55,599 bases of DNA, filler included, from Callorhinchus milii (GCF_018977255.1; 2 parts of 2 records of this genome joined end to end with filler, not necessarily neighbours in it), one strand, 5' to 3'. Positions 32,469-46,292 are shown, numbered from the whole stretch's first letter. Notes: generated from the letters alone by a model not told the origin. A program made the numbers and translations.

Positions 32469-33190
32469 GTAATAACCCCCACTTTCCCAGTAACACCTCC
32501 CCACCCCTCCCACCTTCTCAGTGTCAGCCTGGCTCAGTCACTCACACTCTACCTCGAGTCAGAGGTTGTGGGTTCAAGTCGGGACTTGGAATCACAGTCT
32601 AAGCTGAGGCTCCAGTGCAGCGCTGGGGGATGTTGCATTGTCAGAGACGCCGTCCTTTGGCTGAGACCTTAAACCTCACCCCCTGTCTGCCTGTTCAGGT
32701 GGATGTTAATGATCTCTCACGGTGCTGGGGAGGGGGGAAAGACAGGGAGTTTCTGTCTCTCTCTCTCTCTCTCTCGGTGTCCTGGCCAACAATCCCCCAG
32801 ATAAAATTGATCGCTTGCTCCATGGCTGTTTGTGGGATGTTGCTGTGCACAAACTGGCTGCTGCCTTTCCCCCTCAAAACACTCATGAAAGTGATAAGGC
32901 ATGATATTAAATAATAATAATCTTGGCATTTGATACAGTGCCTTATCACGTCATCGAGGTTTCTCAAAGCACTTCACAGAATACACTGTAAAGTGCAGTG
33001 ACTGTGTATTTTGTGGGCGAAAGGCAAGGATCATTATATTATCATAATGGGCTGGAGGGGCTGAAAGGCCTCCTCCTGTTCCTATGGTGGGGGAGTGGGT
33101 AGCCCAGTTCCAGTGGGTTGCTGTGGCTGGTGCTCGCGTTCTCTCTGACTGGCTGACTCCGTGGCTAATGTTTCCCTGTTTGTTTTGCAG

Positions 33191-33309
33191 GAGACGAGAA
33201 AGTGAGAGAAAGTGATCGGGCCGTGACCGGAACCCCGGCCTGGCCTGTGGGTGTCGTTGTGCTCTCCGTGGCTGTGCTAGTAGCTGCCTTCCTGTGGTTC
33301 TCTTTGTGA
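33191..33309 (+). CDS. HMOX1: Heme oxygenase 1, exon 5 with C-terminal membrane anchor
   Basis: WPVGVVVLSVAVLVAAFLWFSL*. Confidence 0.85.
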
Positions 33310-33856
33310 GGTGGTGGGGGAGCAGGAAAGGGAGAGTTAATCCCCCCACTCGCCAGCCTCTCAGCGATTATAACAAGGAACATTTTATTCCTGATTTTAT
33401 ATTGATTGTGAGTAGATTAACGGCCTTTTAACATCATCTGAGAACAGACATTTATGCATTCCTCACCCCCTCCCCACTCTCTGCGAGCCCTGAAATCTCG
33501 CCACAAGATCCATTTTCTTTTTGGGGTCTTAAAATTCATGATTCTGGAGAAACTGTTTCCGTCCGGTTCCGAATTCAGGAAACCTTCGATTCGAGATGGA
33601 TTCAGAAAAATCTTGTCCTGATTTGGAAGCTGATTTCAAGACAGAGACTGACCTTGAGAATGTTCCCCAATTCTGTGCAATCTGAAGCTCGAAGGCAAAT
33701 GGGCTCCAGCCTGAGACTAGATGGACTTTCAGGCCCCGGGTGAGGCGGAACCTAACCTTGGGCCACGTTCCCTGTGGGGTCGTTGTCTGTGAGTCACTGC
33801 CACCCTCCTCTCCTCTCGGCCAAGTTTCACCCCTCCATCCCTTCTCCATCTCAATG

Positions 33857-34237
33857 TGGAGTCCTGTAGCTCAGTGGTTAGAGCCCTTGCCTCGCAAGCG
33901 AGAGGACCCGGGTTTGATTCCGGGCGGGGCAAAACCTTAGGCAAGTTTCCTTACTCCATTCTTACCAGCAGTCAATAGGAACCCGGTTGTTAGTCGATTG
34001 GCGGATCGCTTTTCCGGGGGGTAATAATTGCTCCAAAAAAAAGTTGTTTTAAAAAATTATTTGGTCACTTCAATCCACAACAGTTTGTGGGACACTCACT
34101 GCTGTGCGCATTTGGCTGCTGCGTTTCGCCCACAAAATATACAGTCACTCCACTTTACAGTACATTCTGTGAAGTGCTTTGAGACATCTCGAAGACGTGA
34201 TAAGGAGCTGTATCAAATGCAAAGGATTATTATTATT
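33857..34237 (+). mobile_element. Full-length SINE
   Basis: tRNA head, Deu-like domain, (TTA)n tail. Confidence 0.9.
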
Positions 34238-35939
34238 CTCTCAATCCCACCTCATGTTGGGAGATGTTTGAGGGGAGATGGTCAGATTTCGGAGGATCAA
34301 TGTTCTCAATTGGTCCATTACCTCCCAGACACCAGTAAACAGTGACTGTTACTAAACCCTCTCTCTCTACCCAAAGACTGGGTAAAACCTCAGGGAAGTG
34401 ATGTCAATACCACACAGAGAGTCACATTGAGAACTATTCACCCTCTTTCAAACACTGTCTATCCAGAGAGCACTTTAATCCTTCGCTGCTGTATAAATGG
34501 GATTTGTGTAACATTAAATGGTGTATTGCAACCCTTAACCTGTTTTCAGCTGATCCAAGATTCAATAGCCTTGTGTCCACACAGTATACAGTTTGGGTCA
34601 TGACATGTGCAAGCGACTGCCAGGATGATGGAAGGTAAACAGGATGGACCTTGTTTTTCTTTCGTCCAGCAAATTCTTTTGTTCTTATTTTCCAAGTAAA
34701 AGGCTTGTGTTCCATTTCTCCTTCCCAAATCGTACGTGTCAGCTTTGCTCAGTTAGTGCAGCGTTGTGGGGGGGAGAGAGAGAGAGAGGCATTGTCAGAG
34801 ACGCCGTTCTTCAGGTGAGATGTTAACCCTGACTCCCGGTCTCTGCCTGACCAAGCAAATGTTCTGGGGCGCTGTGGGAACAGATTGGCTGAAGGATCTT
34901 TGCCCTGATGCTTCTCAAATCCCTCCCTGCTCTCATCCCACTCTGATCCACAGCTCAGCCATTTGTACCCTTGGCTGTGGGTGGCAGGTGTCACTGAGTT
35001 AAATGGTCGGTCCCCTTTAAGACAGATGAGCCATCGGGCTGACCGACAGGTCCATCGGCCAATTGGATGAGGACGCCCCGATGGGCAGGTGAAGAGCGAG
35101 AGGGGCCAAGGGTTGGGGGCTGCTCGGAGGACTGTCTGTGGTCCTCAGGTTCCCCTCCCAGCTGCCCTTAAAGGGGTGAAGCTGTAGATAGATTGTGGGT
35201 GGGGGCTGTGGGGTTTGTCCCCGCTAGCCCTCGTCACCCACTGCGACGCCCCTGTCTCTTAGATCTCTCCCAAAACCTCAACCTCAACTGCCCTCAACAC
35301 CTTATCACACACATCCTTAACCATCCCTTGGGTGACCCTGAAGTCTACTTCCTGTGTCCATTGTCTAATGAGTCTGATGTTCTTTTGTGTGAAAGGCTCT
35401 GTGTCTGAATGCAAGTTGCGTTGGAATAAACACAGCGCTCTGCAGTTTCCGGGTGTCTTTGTGCTTTGCTGTTGACGCTCTGTGTTTACACAAAGGTCTA
35501 TCAGATTCTCCTTGATCAGAACCAGCAATTTGTAAATAATAAACAGAGCGATGGACGTCTGTTTGCTTTGGGAACTTTTATTGATAGGATAGTCACCCTT
35601 TTCCTTAACTATTTTTTTGTCTGGGATATTCCCTGTGTTTCTGTGAATAAAGGAAATTAACTGAAAGCAAGGGGGTCAGGCTGGTGGCCAAAAATAAAGA
35701 AATCAATCTCTGTGCTTAAGAGTCTCCAAACCCGGCTGAGATCACCTAATCATAGAAATTCCCAGTGTCTGGAATGGAATGTGCTCTCGCTCGCTCTCTC
35801 TGGAGGGACGCCCCCTGGTTACCTAATTCCGGAGAGTATTAGGCGCAGAGAGCCAAGGCTTGGGGGGCCCAGAGTGTGCGTTGGGGTAACTGCTGGAGTC
35901 TAACCAGTTAAACCCACGTAGCTTGCTCTCTTACATCTT

Positions 35940-36560
35940 CCCACAACAACAGAAAATTGCACTTATATAGCGCCCTCAACACAGGGCAGCGTCTCAGAGG
36001 CTTAACAGTGGTGGGACTGATGGGACTTGAAAAAGGGTAGAGAGAGGGCAAGGCGGAGGGAGTGAGGGAGAGCGTTCCAGAGTTTCGGGGCATAGTGGCT
36101 GAAAGCGCGACCTCTGATGGTGGGGCGGAGGGGGTGAGGGACGAGCAGAAGCCGGTGCCAGTTGAGCAGAGGCACCGGGTGGTGGATTGGGGAGTGAGGA
36201 GGTTGGAGAAGGAGGGAGGGAGGGAGGTGTCAGGGAGCGAAGGGATTTGAACACAAGTGAGAGACAACAAAGTACACAACAACAAAGTACACTTACACTG
36301 GGCCAAGAGGACGTCCCAAGGCGCTAAGCTGTTCAGGGTTTGCACCCGAGCTGGGGGTTGGGATCAGAGAGGGGTGGAGGGCAGTGGGTTTGGGGCGGGC
36401 AAAGAGGAAGGTCAGGAGACCTTGAACGAACTGAGGGAGAGTGTGGGGCAGAGGGGCTCCAGTATGGAGTTCCAGATGGTGGGGGGTAAAGAGGTTGAAG
36501 TCCTGACTGTCGATGGTGGAGGGTCCGGGGGGGAAACATGGAGCAGGTCAGAGGACAAAC
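35940..36560 (-). mobile_element. L2 LINE 3' fragments
   Basis: Reverse complement of the L2 end seen at 50950-51250 (ctctggaac..ccctc). Confidence 0.65.
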
Positions 36561-36977
36561 TTTTGAATAAAAATAATAATAATAAATTTGTCACTCAATC
36601 TACGCCTATTTGTGGGACGCTGCTGTGCGCAATTGGCTGCCGCGTTTTGCCCACAAAATACAGTCGCTACACTTTACAATCAATACACTTTACAATCCTC
36701 TGACTTGTGCTCACAGACCTGGAGTCGAGAGGAAAGTTCTGAACTGGATGGAGAAACCAGAATGAAATACCACGAGAAAACAGAGAGGAATCAGGTGACA
36801 AAGGACAGCAAAACAGCACAAACAGCCCCAGCGCCGCAGACCCACCATTGCAGTTACTGCTCAAGTTCCCCTCCAACTAACGGACCCATCGCTCAGTGGA
36901 TCGGGAAGTGTATCCGAGCTGTGGGCAGGAAGATGGCGGCAAAGCTCTCACACTCTCTGTCTCTCCTCATCAAACCC

Positions 36978-37407
36978 CGAGCTCACACCCGCACACACAC
37001 ACACTGAGCCTGGCTCACACCCGCACACACACACACACTGAGCCTGGCTCACACCCGCACACACACACACACACACACACACTGAGCCTGGCTCACACCC
37101 GCACACACACACACACTGAGCCTGGCTCACACCCGCACACACACACCCCCACACAACTGAGCCTGGCTCACACCCGCACACACACACACACTGAGCCTGG
37201 CTCACACCCGCACACACACACACACACTGAGCCTGGCTCACACCCGCACACACACACACACACACACACTGAGCCTGGCTCACACCCGCACACACACACA
37301 CACACACACACACTGAGCCTGGCTCACACCCGCACCACACACACACACACTGAGCCTGGCTCACACCCACACACACACACACACACACACTGAGCCTGGC
37401 TCACACC

Positions 37408-37442
<35 letters not shown>

Positions 37443-37565
37443 AGCCTGGCTCACACCCGCACACACACACACACACACTGAGCCTGGCTGACACCCGCAC
37501 ACACACACACTGAGCCTGGCTCACACCCGCACACACACACACACACACTGAGCCTGGCTCACACC

Positions 37566-37606
<41 letters not shown>

Positions 37607-38120
37607 AGCCTCGCTCACAACCGCACACACACACACACACACTGAGCCTGGCTCACACCCGCACACACACACACACACACACTGAGCCTGGCTCACACCC
37701 GCACACACATACACACACACACACTGAGCCTGGCTCACAACCGCACACACACACACACACACACACTGAGCCTGGCTCACACCCGCACACACACACACAC
37801 ACACACTGAGCCTGGCTCACACCCGCACACACACACACACCACACACACACCACACACACACACACACACACTGAGCCTGGCTCACACCCGCACACCACA
37901 CACACACACACCACTGAGCTTGGCTCACACCTGCACACACACACACACACACACACACACTGAGCCTGGCTCACACCCGCACACACACACACACACACAC
38001 ACTGAGCCTGGCTCACACCCGCACACACACACACACACACACACACACTGAGCCTCGCTCACAACCGCACACCACACCACACACACACACACACACACAC
38101 ACTGAGCCTGGCTCAACACC

Positions 38121-38153
<33 letters not shown>

Positions 38154-38624
38154 AGCCTCGCTCACAACCGCCCACACACACACACACACACACTGAGCCT
38201 GGCTCACACCCTCACACACACACACACACTGAGCCTGGCTCACACCCGCACACCACACACACCACACACACACACACTGAGCCTGGCTCACACCCGCACA
38301 CACACACCACACACACCACTGAGCCTGGCTCACACCCTCACACACACACACACACACACAGATGCCTGGCTCAACACCTGTACACACCACACACACACTG
38401 AGCCTGGCTCCACACCCCTTTCACACACACACACCACACACACTGAGCCTCGCTCACAACCGCACACACACACACACCACACACACACTGAGCCTGGCTC
38501 ACACCCGCACACACACACACACACCACTGAGCCTCGCTCACAACCGCCACACACACACACACACACACACTGACTGGCTCACACCCTCACACACACACCA
38601 CACACACTGAGCCTGGCTCACACC

Positions 38625-38661
<37 letters not shown>

Positions 38662-39321
38662 ACTGGCTCACACCCGCACACACACACACCACCACCACTG
38701 AGCCTGGCTCACACCCTCACACACACACACACACACACACAGAGCCTGGCTCACACCTGTACACACACACACACACTGAGCCTGGCTCACACCCGCACAC
38801 ACACACACACACTGAGCCTGGCTCACACCCGCACACACACACACACAAACCACTGAGCCTGGGCTCACACCCGCCACACACCACACACACTGAGCCTGGC
38901 TCACACCTGCACACACACACACCCACACACACCACTGAGCCCGGGCTCACACACACACACTGACGGGCTCACACACACACTCACACACACTGACGGGCTC
39001 ACACACACACACACACACACTGACAGGCTCACACACCACACACCACACACACACACTGAGCCGGGCTCACACACCACACACCACACTGAGCCGGGCTCAC
39101 ACACACAACCACACCACACACACTGAGCCGGGCTCACACCACACCACACACACACACTGAGCCGGGCTCACACACACACACACACACTGAGCCGGGCTCA
39201 CACATACACACACTGAGCCGGGCTCACACACACACACACCACTGAGCCGGGCTCACACACACACACACACACTGAGCCGGGCTCACACACACACACACAC
39301 ACACTGAGCCGGGCTCACACA
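36978..39321. repeat. Compound minisatellite: TGAGCC(T/G)GGCTCA palindrome + CACCCG + variable (CA)n
   Basis: Dozens of units; the variant changes toward the right end. Confidence 0.95.
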
Positions 39322-39385
39322 TCATAATTCAGTCAATGTCAGATCTGTGTGTTCTAAAGAGTTAAATTGCCTAAAGTGCAGCTCA

Positions 39386-39458
39386 CACCCCAAGTGGGAC
39401 TCGAACCCACAATCCCTGGCTCAGGAGGCCAGTGCCTTATCCATTAGGCCACTGGGGC
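39386..39458 (-). tRNA. tRNA-Arg(CCT), G37 variant
   Basis: GCCCCAGTGGCCTAATGGATAAGGCACTGGCCTCCTGAGCCAGGGATTGTGGGTTCGAGTCCCACTTGGGGTG. Confidence 0.85.
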
Positions 39459-39862
39459 CACATGGAGCTGAATGCTGTGCTGCTCTGTCTCTCTCACTGA
39501 CATTGGCTGCTGTGTCCTTTCCCTGTGAGCTCAGACTTCATTGTGACTGTGTCACTGAGTAACTGTTGTCACACGCCTCGGTCTGACTGTTCCCCACTGT
39601 ACCCTCTAACACCAGCCGGTCTTTGGAGAAAGCCTCTGTGACGCTCCTGTGTGAGCAGCGCTGTATAAATGCAAGTTGTTGTTGTTGTTGTTGTTGAGAA
39701 AGCCGCATTACAACGTTTACCTCCTTCACAGTCTTTCAAATCAAAGCAAAGTTCAGTGCAAGAAACTCACAGGGTTTCTACCCACTTGTTTCTGAGATGT
39801 CAAAAGAGCGCGAGGATTCTTGTCTTGTAGAATTTCTCGTTTAGAGAGAATATGTGAGAATA

Positions 39863-40150
39863 TAATAATAATAATTCTTGCATTTTATACAGCACCTTAT
39901 CTCATCTTTGAGATGTCTCAAAGCGTTTCACAGAATATAGTGTAAAATGTAGTGACTGTTTATTTTATGGACGAAGCAAGGCCGCCAATTGTGCAGAGCA
40001 GTGTCCCACAAACAGTCATGGATTGACAGACCAATTTTTTTTTACAGACATGTGTGGAGTAAGGAAACTTGACTAAGGTTTCACCACCCCTGGAAATTGA
40101 ACCCGGGTCCCCTCACTTGTGAGGCGAGTGGGCTGAACTATGGGACCCCA
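39863..40150 (-). mobile_element. SINE
   Basis: Same family, diverged. Confidence 0.8.
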
Positions 40151-40473
40151 TGTTCTCCACGAAGAACATGTGCCTCCAATTCTGAGTTCCTGTTTACAGG
40201 ACTTTCCATTTAACACACACTCATCACACTCTCAAAACTTAAGAACATAAGAACTTGCTGGTGAAAGCAGACCAAGGTCCATCTCGTTCACCTCCCACAG
40301 CTTATTATGGTCTACGTCATCTATTCCCTTCAGAATCTTAAAGCCTGGAATCATATCACCCTCAACCTCAGTCTGTCTGTGGAAGATTGTTGCTGCCTCC
40401 ACTGGTTCCACAGTTCCCCTCCACACGGTGCCATCTGCAAATGTAAAGGTTTAACATTGCCTCAAGCTTCATT

Positions 40474-40546
40474 TCCCCCGGGTGGGGCTCGAACCCACAA
40501 ACCCTGGCTCCGGAGGCTGAAGCCTAATCAATCAGGCCACTGAGGC
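40474..40546 (-). pseudogene. Degenerate tRNA-Arg(CCG)
   Basis: CTCCGGA anticodon loop, GGTTCGA box, mismatched stems and D loop. Confidence 0.75.
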
Positions 40547-40616
40547 GCTGCTTGTGCTGAGGCTGGTGTCTCTGTGCTTTGTCAGCAGTTTCATGTCAGC
40601 TTTCTCTTCCTATCAT

Positions 40617-40750
40617 AGAGTCCTGTACTCAGTGGTTAGAGCACTCGCCTCACAAGGCAAAAGGATTCAGGTTCGATTCCAGAGCAGTGCAAAACCGTAG
40701 GCAAGTTTCCCTTACTCACCCACCCCACCCCCCACCCACCCACCCACCCA

Positions 40751-40788
<38 letters not shown>

Positions 40789-41041
40789 CCTCTGTTTACT
40801 TAGCAGTAAGTAGGAATCCTATTGTTAGTCGATTGGCGGATCACTTTCCTGGGGGTAATAATCCCTCCCCACAAAAAATGTAGTCACTCAATCCACGGCT
40901 GTTTGTGGGACGCTTCTGTGCACAATTGGCTGCCACCAGAAAATATACAGTTAATTCACTTTACAGTGTACCCTGTGAAGCGCTTTGAGACACCTCAAAG
41001 ACGCGATAATGTGCTGTATCAAATGCGAGGATTATTATTAT
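40617..41041 (+). mobile_element. SINE with internal (CA)n
   Basis: Same family. Confidence 0.85.
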
Positions 41042-41254
41042 GAATATCCAGCGCTGGGAATCCATCTTGATTGGTTTGCAGAGAGGTCAGCAGCTGCTGC
41101 TCAAACTCCACACCTCCAACCAGTGGAACCATCGCTCAATGGATTGGGACGTGTGTCTGGGCTGTTGGCAGGAAGATGGTGGCAATGCTCTCTCGCTCCC
41201 TCATTGTCTCTCCTCACCCAGACTCTCACTGAAAATCCTACAAAACTTAGCTCA

Positions 41255-41327
41255 CACCCCAGGTGGGACTCGAACCCACAATCCCTGGCTTAGGAGGCCA
41301 GTGCCTTATCCATTAGGCCACTGGGGC
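41255..41327 (-). tRNA. tRNA-Arg(CCT)
   Basis: Canonical vertebrate Arg-CCT sequence; TTTT shortly downstream. Confidence 0.95.
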
Positions 41328-41443
41328 CACATGGAGATGGCATCTGAATTGTGTTATGAAATGTTTCTCTTTGACACTGGCAGCTCCACCATGTGTAACC
41401 TCACTGTGTCAGCACGGCTTCACCTCCGATTCTCTTCACAAGA

Positions 41444-42645
41444 TCATAGAATCATAGAAGCACACAGCACAGAAGGAGGCCATTCGGCCCATTGTGTCTA
41501 TGTCGGCTCTTTGAAAAGAGCTTCCAAATCAACCCCACTCCCCCACTCTCTCCCCATAGCCCTGATCAACCCCACTCCCCCGCTCTCTCCCCATAGCCCT
41601 GATCAACCCCACTCCCCCGCTCTCTCCCCATAGCCCTGATCAACCCCACTCCCCCGCTCTCTCCCCATAGCCCTGATCACCCCACTCCCCGCTCTCTCCC
41701 CATAGCCCTGATCAACCCCACTCCCCCGCTCTCTCCTCATAGCCCTGATCAACCCCACTCCCCCACTCTCTCCCCATAGCCCTGATCAACCCCACTCCCC
41801 CCCTCTCTCCCCATAGCCCTGCAACCTTGTCCTCCCAAAATAATTATCTACTTCTCTCTTAATAGTTGTTATTTGCCCCTTTTTGTATAGGGGAGTAACA
41901 TTTGTAACCCTCCAGTCCTCTGGCACCACCCCGGTGTCCAAGGAGGATTGAAAGATTGTGGCACAGAGCCTCTGTTATTTCCACCCTTGCTTCCCTCAGT
42001 AACCTAGGATCCATCCTGTCCGGACCGGGTGACTTATCTGCCAACAACCTCTTTAGTACATCTTCTCGGTTTATTCTTATCTTATCCAATTTCTCTCCCC
42101 TCTCCCCTGATACTGTGGCATTGGCTGCAACCTCTTCTGTTGTGAAGACAGATGCAACATACTCATTCAGTACGTCAGCCTATGCCTTCACAAGAAGATT
42201 TCCTCTTTGCTCATAAAATACTTTAGGTTTCCCTTTTATGTTACCCGCTAATCTTTTCTCATGCAATCTCTTTGCCCCTCTTATTTCCTTTTTCAGTTCT
42301 CCTCTGTACTTTCTATATTCTATTTGATTCTCTTCTGTATTTTGGACCTGACATTTATCATAAACCTCCTTTTTCTGTTTTATTTGAATCCCAATTTCCT
42401 TATTGAGCCAGGGGGGGTTTGGATGCTCTATATTTCCCATTTGTGGGAATGTATTTGCTCTGTCTGTCCCCGAACTATCTCCTCCTTGAAGGCTTCCCAT
42501 TGCTCATTGGCTGTTTTAGCTGCCAATCTTTCTTTCCAGTCCACCTTGACGAGGTCCCTTTTTAACTCATTGAAATTAGCCTCTTCCAGTTGAGTATCTT
42601 CACCTTTTACCTTGTCCCTTTCCATAAGTTCTCTAAACCTAAGAT
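41444..42645 (-). mobile_element. CR1 LINE fragments with a 36-bp minisatellite (41528-41820) expanded in the 3' UTR
   Basis: DKSPGPDRMDPRLLRE; PPWLNKEI; ANFNELKRDL; CR1 tail. Confidence 0.85.
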
Positions 42646-43687
42646 CATGAGATTTGTTTGACTGAAGACCCTTCAGCCCATTAGATTTCATCATTTCAGA
42701 ATTCTGTACCTCCCGCCTTCCCATTATAACAACAAAAAATTTGGTCACTCAATCCATGGCTGTTTGTGAGACGCTGCTATGCACAATTGGCTGCCCCGTT
42801 TCACCCACAATATATACAGTCAATTCACTTTACAGCGCTTTGAAACGTCTCAACAACATGATACCAAATACAAGGATTATTATTATTATTAACACCAAGT
42901 AAATGAGTCTCTGCCCACCTGCCTCCTATTCCTGGTGTCCATCTTGAAATTGATCATTTGCAACTCTAAACCTATGCTTTCTTGCTCTTCTGTCTCACAA
43001 TATCTGAAAGTATAATTGTTATTCAAATGTGCTGTTGAATGATATGAGCCTCCATAAGGTCTCCTCTGAGATGTCCTCTATCAAGGCTACAGAACTCCAA
43101 CCTGTCTACTTCCCATTGTCTCTAATAATAATAATAATAATCCTTGTATTTGATATAGTGCCTTATCACATCATTGAGACGTCTCAAAGCGTTTCACAGC
43201 ACTTCTCTCTTTCTCTCTCATTCCTTCTCTCTCTCTTGGACTCACTCTCATTCCCTCTCTCTCCTGTACTCTTCCTGTCATTCCCTCTCTCCCTCCCGTA
43301 CTCTCTCATTCCCTCTCTCTCTCTCCCGTACTCTCTCTCATTCCCTCTCTTCCTCATACTATAGAGTGTATTTTGTGGGCTAAACTCTAGCCCAGTCTGT
43401 TGCTGTATTTACGTAACTGGATGACAGTTGCCTTGTTTTTAATCTCTTCACTGGGTAGAAACCTGAGATGATGGAAGATAAACATTGAAAATTTGTTTTC
43501 TCACTTTATTCCAACCCTCGGCTGCTAAATAATAATAAATAATTAATGCCTCTACATCCAATCACATGATGACATAAAAGGTTTGGGTGAAGAAGGTCTT
43601 TCAACTATTTGATTTGATGCCTCAATAATTTCATCAATGTCAGATCTCTGCTCTTTAAATTAAATTGCTTAAAGTTCAGCTCACACC

Positions 43688-43760
43688 CACCCCAGGTGGG
43701 ACTCGAACCCACAATCCCTGGCTTAGGAGGCCAGTGCCTTATCCATTAGGCCACTGGGGC
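43688..43760 (-). tRNA. tRNA-Arg(CCT)
   Basis: Canonical sequence. Confidence 0.93.
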
Positions 43761-44003
43761 CACAGTAACAACACCTCAGTTATGCCATGATGTGACTTAG
43801 GTTTACGTTGGAAAAGAATCATAGAAATAATTGAGCAAAAGGAAGTCATTTGGTTCATCCAGTCAGCCTTGGTTCTCAGAGCAAACTCTCCATTCAGTCC
43901 CACTGCCCTGCCCTATCTTCACACCACTTGATATACCTGTCTACTTCCCTTTTTGGGGGGACAGTCGGGTGTCTGACACATGCAGAACCCATCATCATGC
44001 TTA

Positions 44004-44258
44004 TGTATGGAACGCACTACCCCAAAGGGCTGTTGACGCTCAGTCCTTGAACATATTCAAGACTGAGATAGATTTCTTATTGCAAAAGGGATTAAGGGAT
44101 ATGGGGATAAGGCAGGGAGGGGGGGTGGGGGGGGGATATGGGGGTAAGGCGGGGTCAGGTTATTAGCTGGAGTTAGATTAGAAGATCAGCCATGATTGAA
44201 TGGCAGGGCAGGCTCGAAGGGCCGAATGGCCTACTCCTGCTCCTACATGTTATGTTAT
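44004..44258 (+). mobile_element. CR1 3' end
   Basis: VWNALPQRAVDA; gggccgaatggcctactcctgctcct. Confidence 0.85.
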
Positions 44259-44457
44259 GCTTAAGAGTCTCCAAACCAAACTGAGAAGTCAATGCATCCC
44301 AAATGCAGCCATGTTGCCTTCTTTTGTGTAGTAACATTCTTTGATTCGGCACAGGACCCTGCATTTATCTTCATTTGCCACTGATCAGCCCTCCTGTTGC
44401 TCCCCTCAACACAGTGGCAACTGCCAATGTAAAGGTTTCATTGCCTAAAATTTCATT

Positions 44458-44529
44458 TACCCGAGATAGGACTCGAACCTACAATCCCTGGCTCCGGAGG
44501 CCGTGACTTATCCATTAATCCACTGGGGC
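44458..44529 (-). pseudogene. Degenerate tRNA-Arg(CCG)
   Basis: CTCCGGA loop, 1-nt deletion in the anticodon stem, D-stem mismatches. Confidence 0.75.
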
Positions 44530-45077
44530 CACACGTGTCCAGGGTCTGAATTCTCTCGTAATGTTTCTCTTTAACATAGAATACAATACAATATCACATT
44601 TGTCGAGCGCCTTTGTATAGTGTCTACGAGGGGGAACAACCCAAGGCGATGGGAGACATTGGATGCTTCACCAACTGTCACATCTACAAGGCTAATCGAG
44701 AAGCTCAACAAGACAACAATCCTCGCCCCCAATGCCATCTCCTCAGGAACAGGTCGGCAGAAACCCTGTGAGTTGTGTGGCACTGAACTTTGCTCTGATT
44801 CAAAAGGACTGTGAAGCAGTAAAAGTTCTGATGTTGCTGTCTCTGAAGGACGGTTGGATTCAAAGCCGTGTTAGAGGGTAAAGTGGGGAACAATCAGTGT
44901 GAGGTTTGTGCCAACGCTTCCTCAGTGACACAGTCACAATGGCTGTTGCTCAGTGACACAGTCACAATGGCTGTTGCTCAGTGACACAGTCACAATGAAG
45001 TCTGAGCTCACAGGGAAAGGACACAGCAGCCAATGTCAGTGAGAGAGACAGAGCAGGACAGCATTCAGCTCCATGTG

Positions 45078-45150
45078 GCCCCAGTGGCCTAATGGATAAG
45101 GCACTGGCCTCCTAAGCCAGGGATTGTGGGTTCGAGTCCCACCTGGGGTG
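45078..45150 (+). tRNA. tRNA-Arg(CCT)
   Basis: Canonical sequence; TTTT about 10 nt downstream. Confidence 0.95.
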
Positions 45151-45499
45151 TGAGCTAAGTTTTGTAGGATTTTCAGTGAGAGTCTGGGTGAGGAGAGACA
45201 ATGAGGGAGCGAGAGAGCACTGCCACCATCTTCCTGCCAACAGCCCAGACACACGTCCCAATCCATTGAGCGATGGTTCCACTGGTTGGAGGTGTGGAGT
45301 TTGAGCAGCAGCTGCTGACCTCTCTGCAAACCAATCAAGATGGATTCCCAGCGCTGGATATTCATAATAATAATAATAATCCTCGCATTTGATACAGCAC
45401 AATATCGCCTCATTGAGGTGTCACAAAGCGCTTCACAGGATACACTGTAAAGTGAATTAACTGTATATTTTGTGGGCAAAACGTGCCCACAAAAGTGCC

Positions 45500-45870
45500 A
45501 GAAGCACTGAAAAAGAGACTAAAAGAAAGATTAAATAAAATGGAAAAGGACCAGATAATAAAAAAAAGTAGAGAAAGCCACTGATTGGGTAAATGTAGTG
45601 GTAATTGTAGAAAAAACAGATAAATCATTAAGAGTCTGTCTCGACCCACAACAATTCAACAAAGCAATAAAACAAAATAAAATAATAAAATAAACGAAAC
45701 CTACTTTAATGGATATTCATGTGTTGTTATGTGGAGGCAAACTTTTCTCGACATTAAGACTCTTCATCGGGTATTGGGGAGTCAAACTGTCAGAGGAAAG
45801 AACACACTTGACAACATTTATGATGCCTTACGGGAGATATTGCTTTCACAGCCTGCCATTTGGCATCACA
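45500..45870 (+). mobile_element. Decayed Gypsy RT fragment
   Basis: SLRVCLDPQQFNKAI; LTTFMMPYGRYCFHSLPFGI. Confidence 0.75.
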
Positions 45871-45871
45871 A

Positions 45872-46292
45872 TATTACAGCACATAAGGAAGCCATTCAGC
45901 CCATTGTGTCTGTGCCGGCTATTTGGAAGAGACACCCAATCAGTCCCCACTCTTACCCCAAAGGCCTGCATATTTATTCCTTTTCAAGTCCCTACCCAAT
46001 TCCATTTGAAAGCTATTATTGAATCTGTTTCCACCGACCCTTCCCCTCTGGTTCTTTTGCCAATTATCTTGAATCTATGTCCTGGTTGCCGACTCAGGGG
46101 AAACAGTTTCTCCCCTCATCATTGTGAACCCCTTTATTAAATCTCCCCTCGACCTTCTCATCCAAGTAGAACAATCCCAACTTCTCTGGTCTCTCCACAT
46201 CAGTAACGTCCCTCATCCCTGGTACCATTCTGGGAAATCTCCTCTGCGCCCTCTCCAAGGTCCTGATATCCTTCCTAAAGTATGGTGCCAAC
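45872..46292 (-). mobile_element. CR1 3' fragment
   Basis: APYFRKDIRTLERAQRRFPRMVPGM. Confidence 0.85.

Noticed and set aside
36978..39321. CRISPR-like array (palindromic repeat with variable spacers)
   Set aside because: The spacers are only (CA)n length variants, there are no cas genes, and the context is vertebrate
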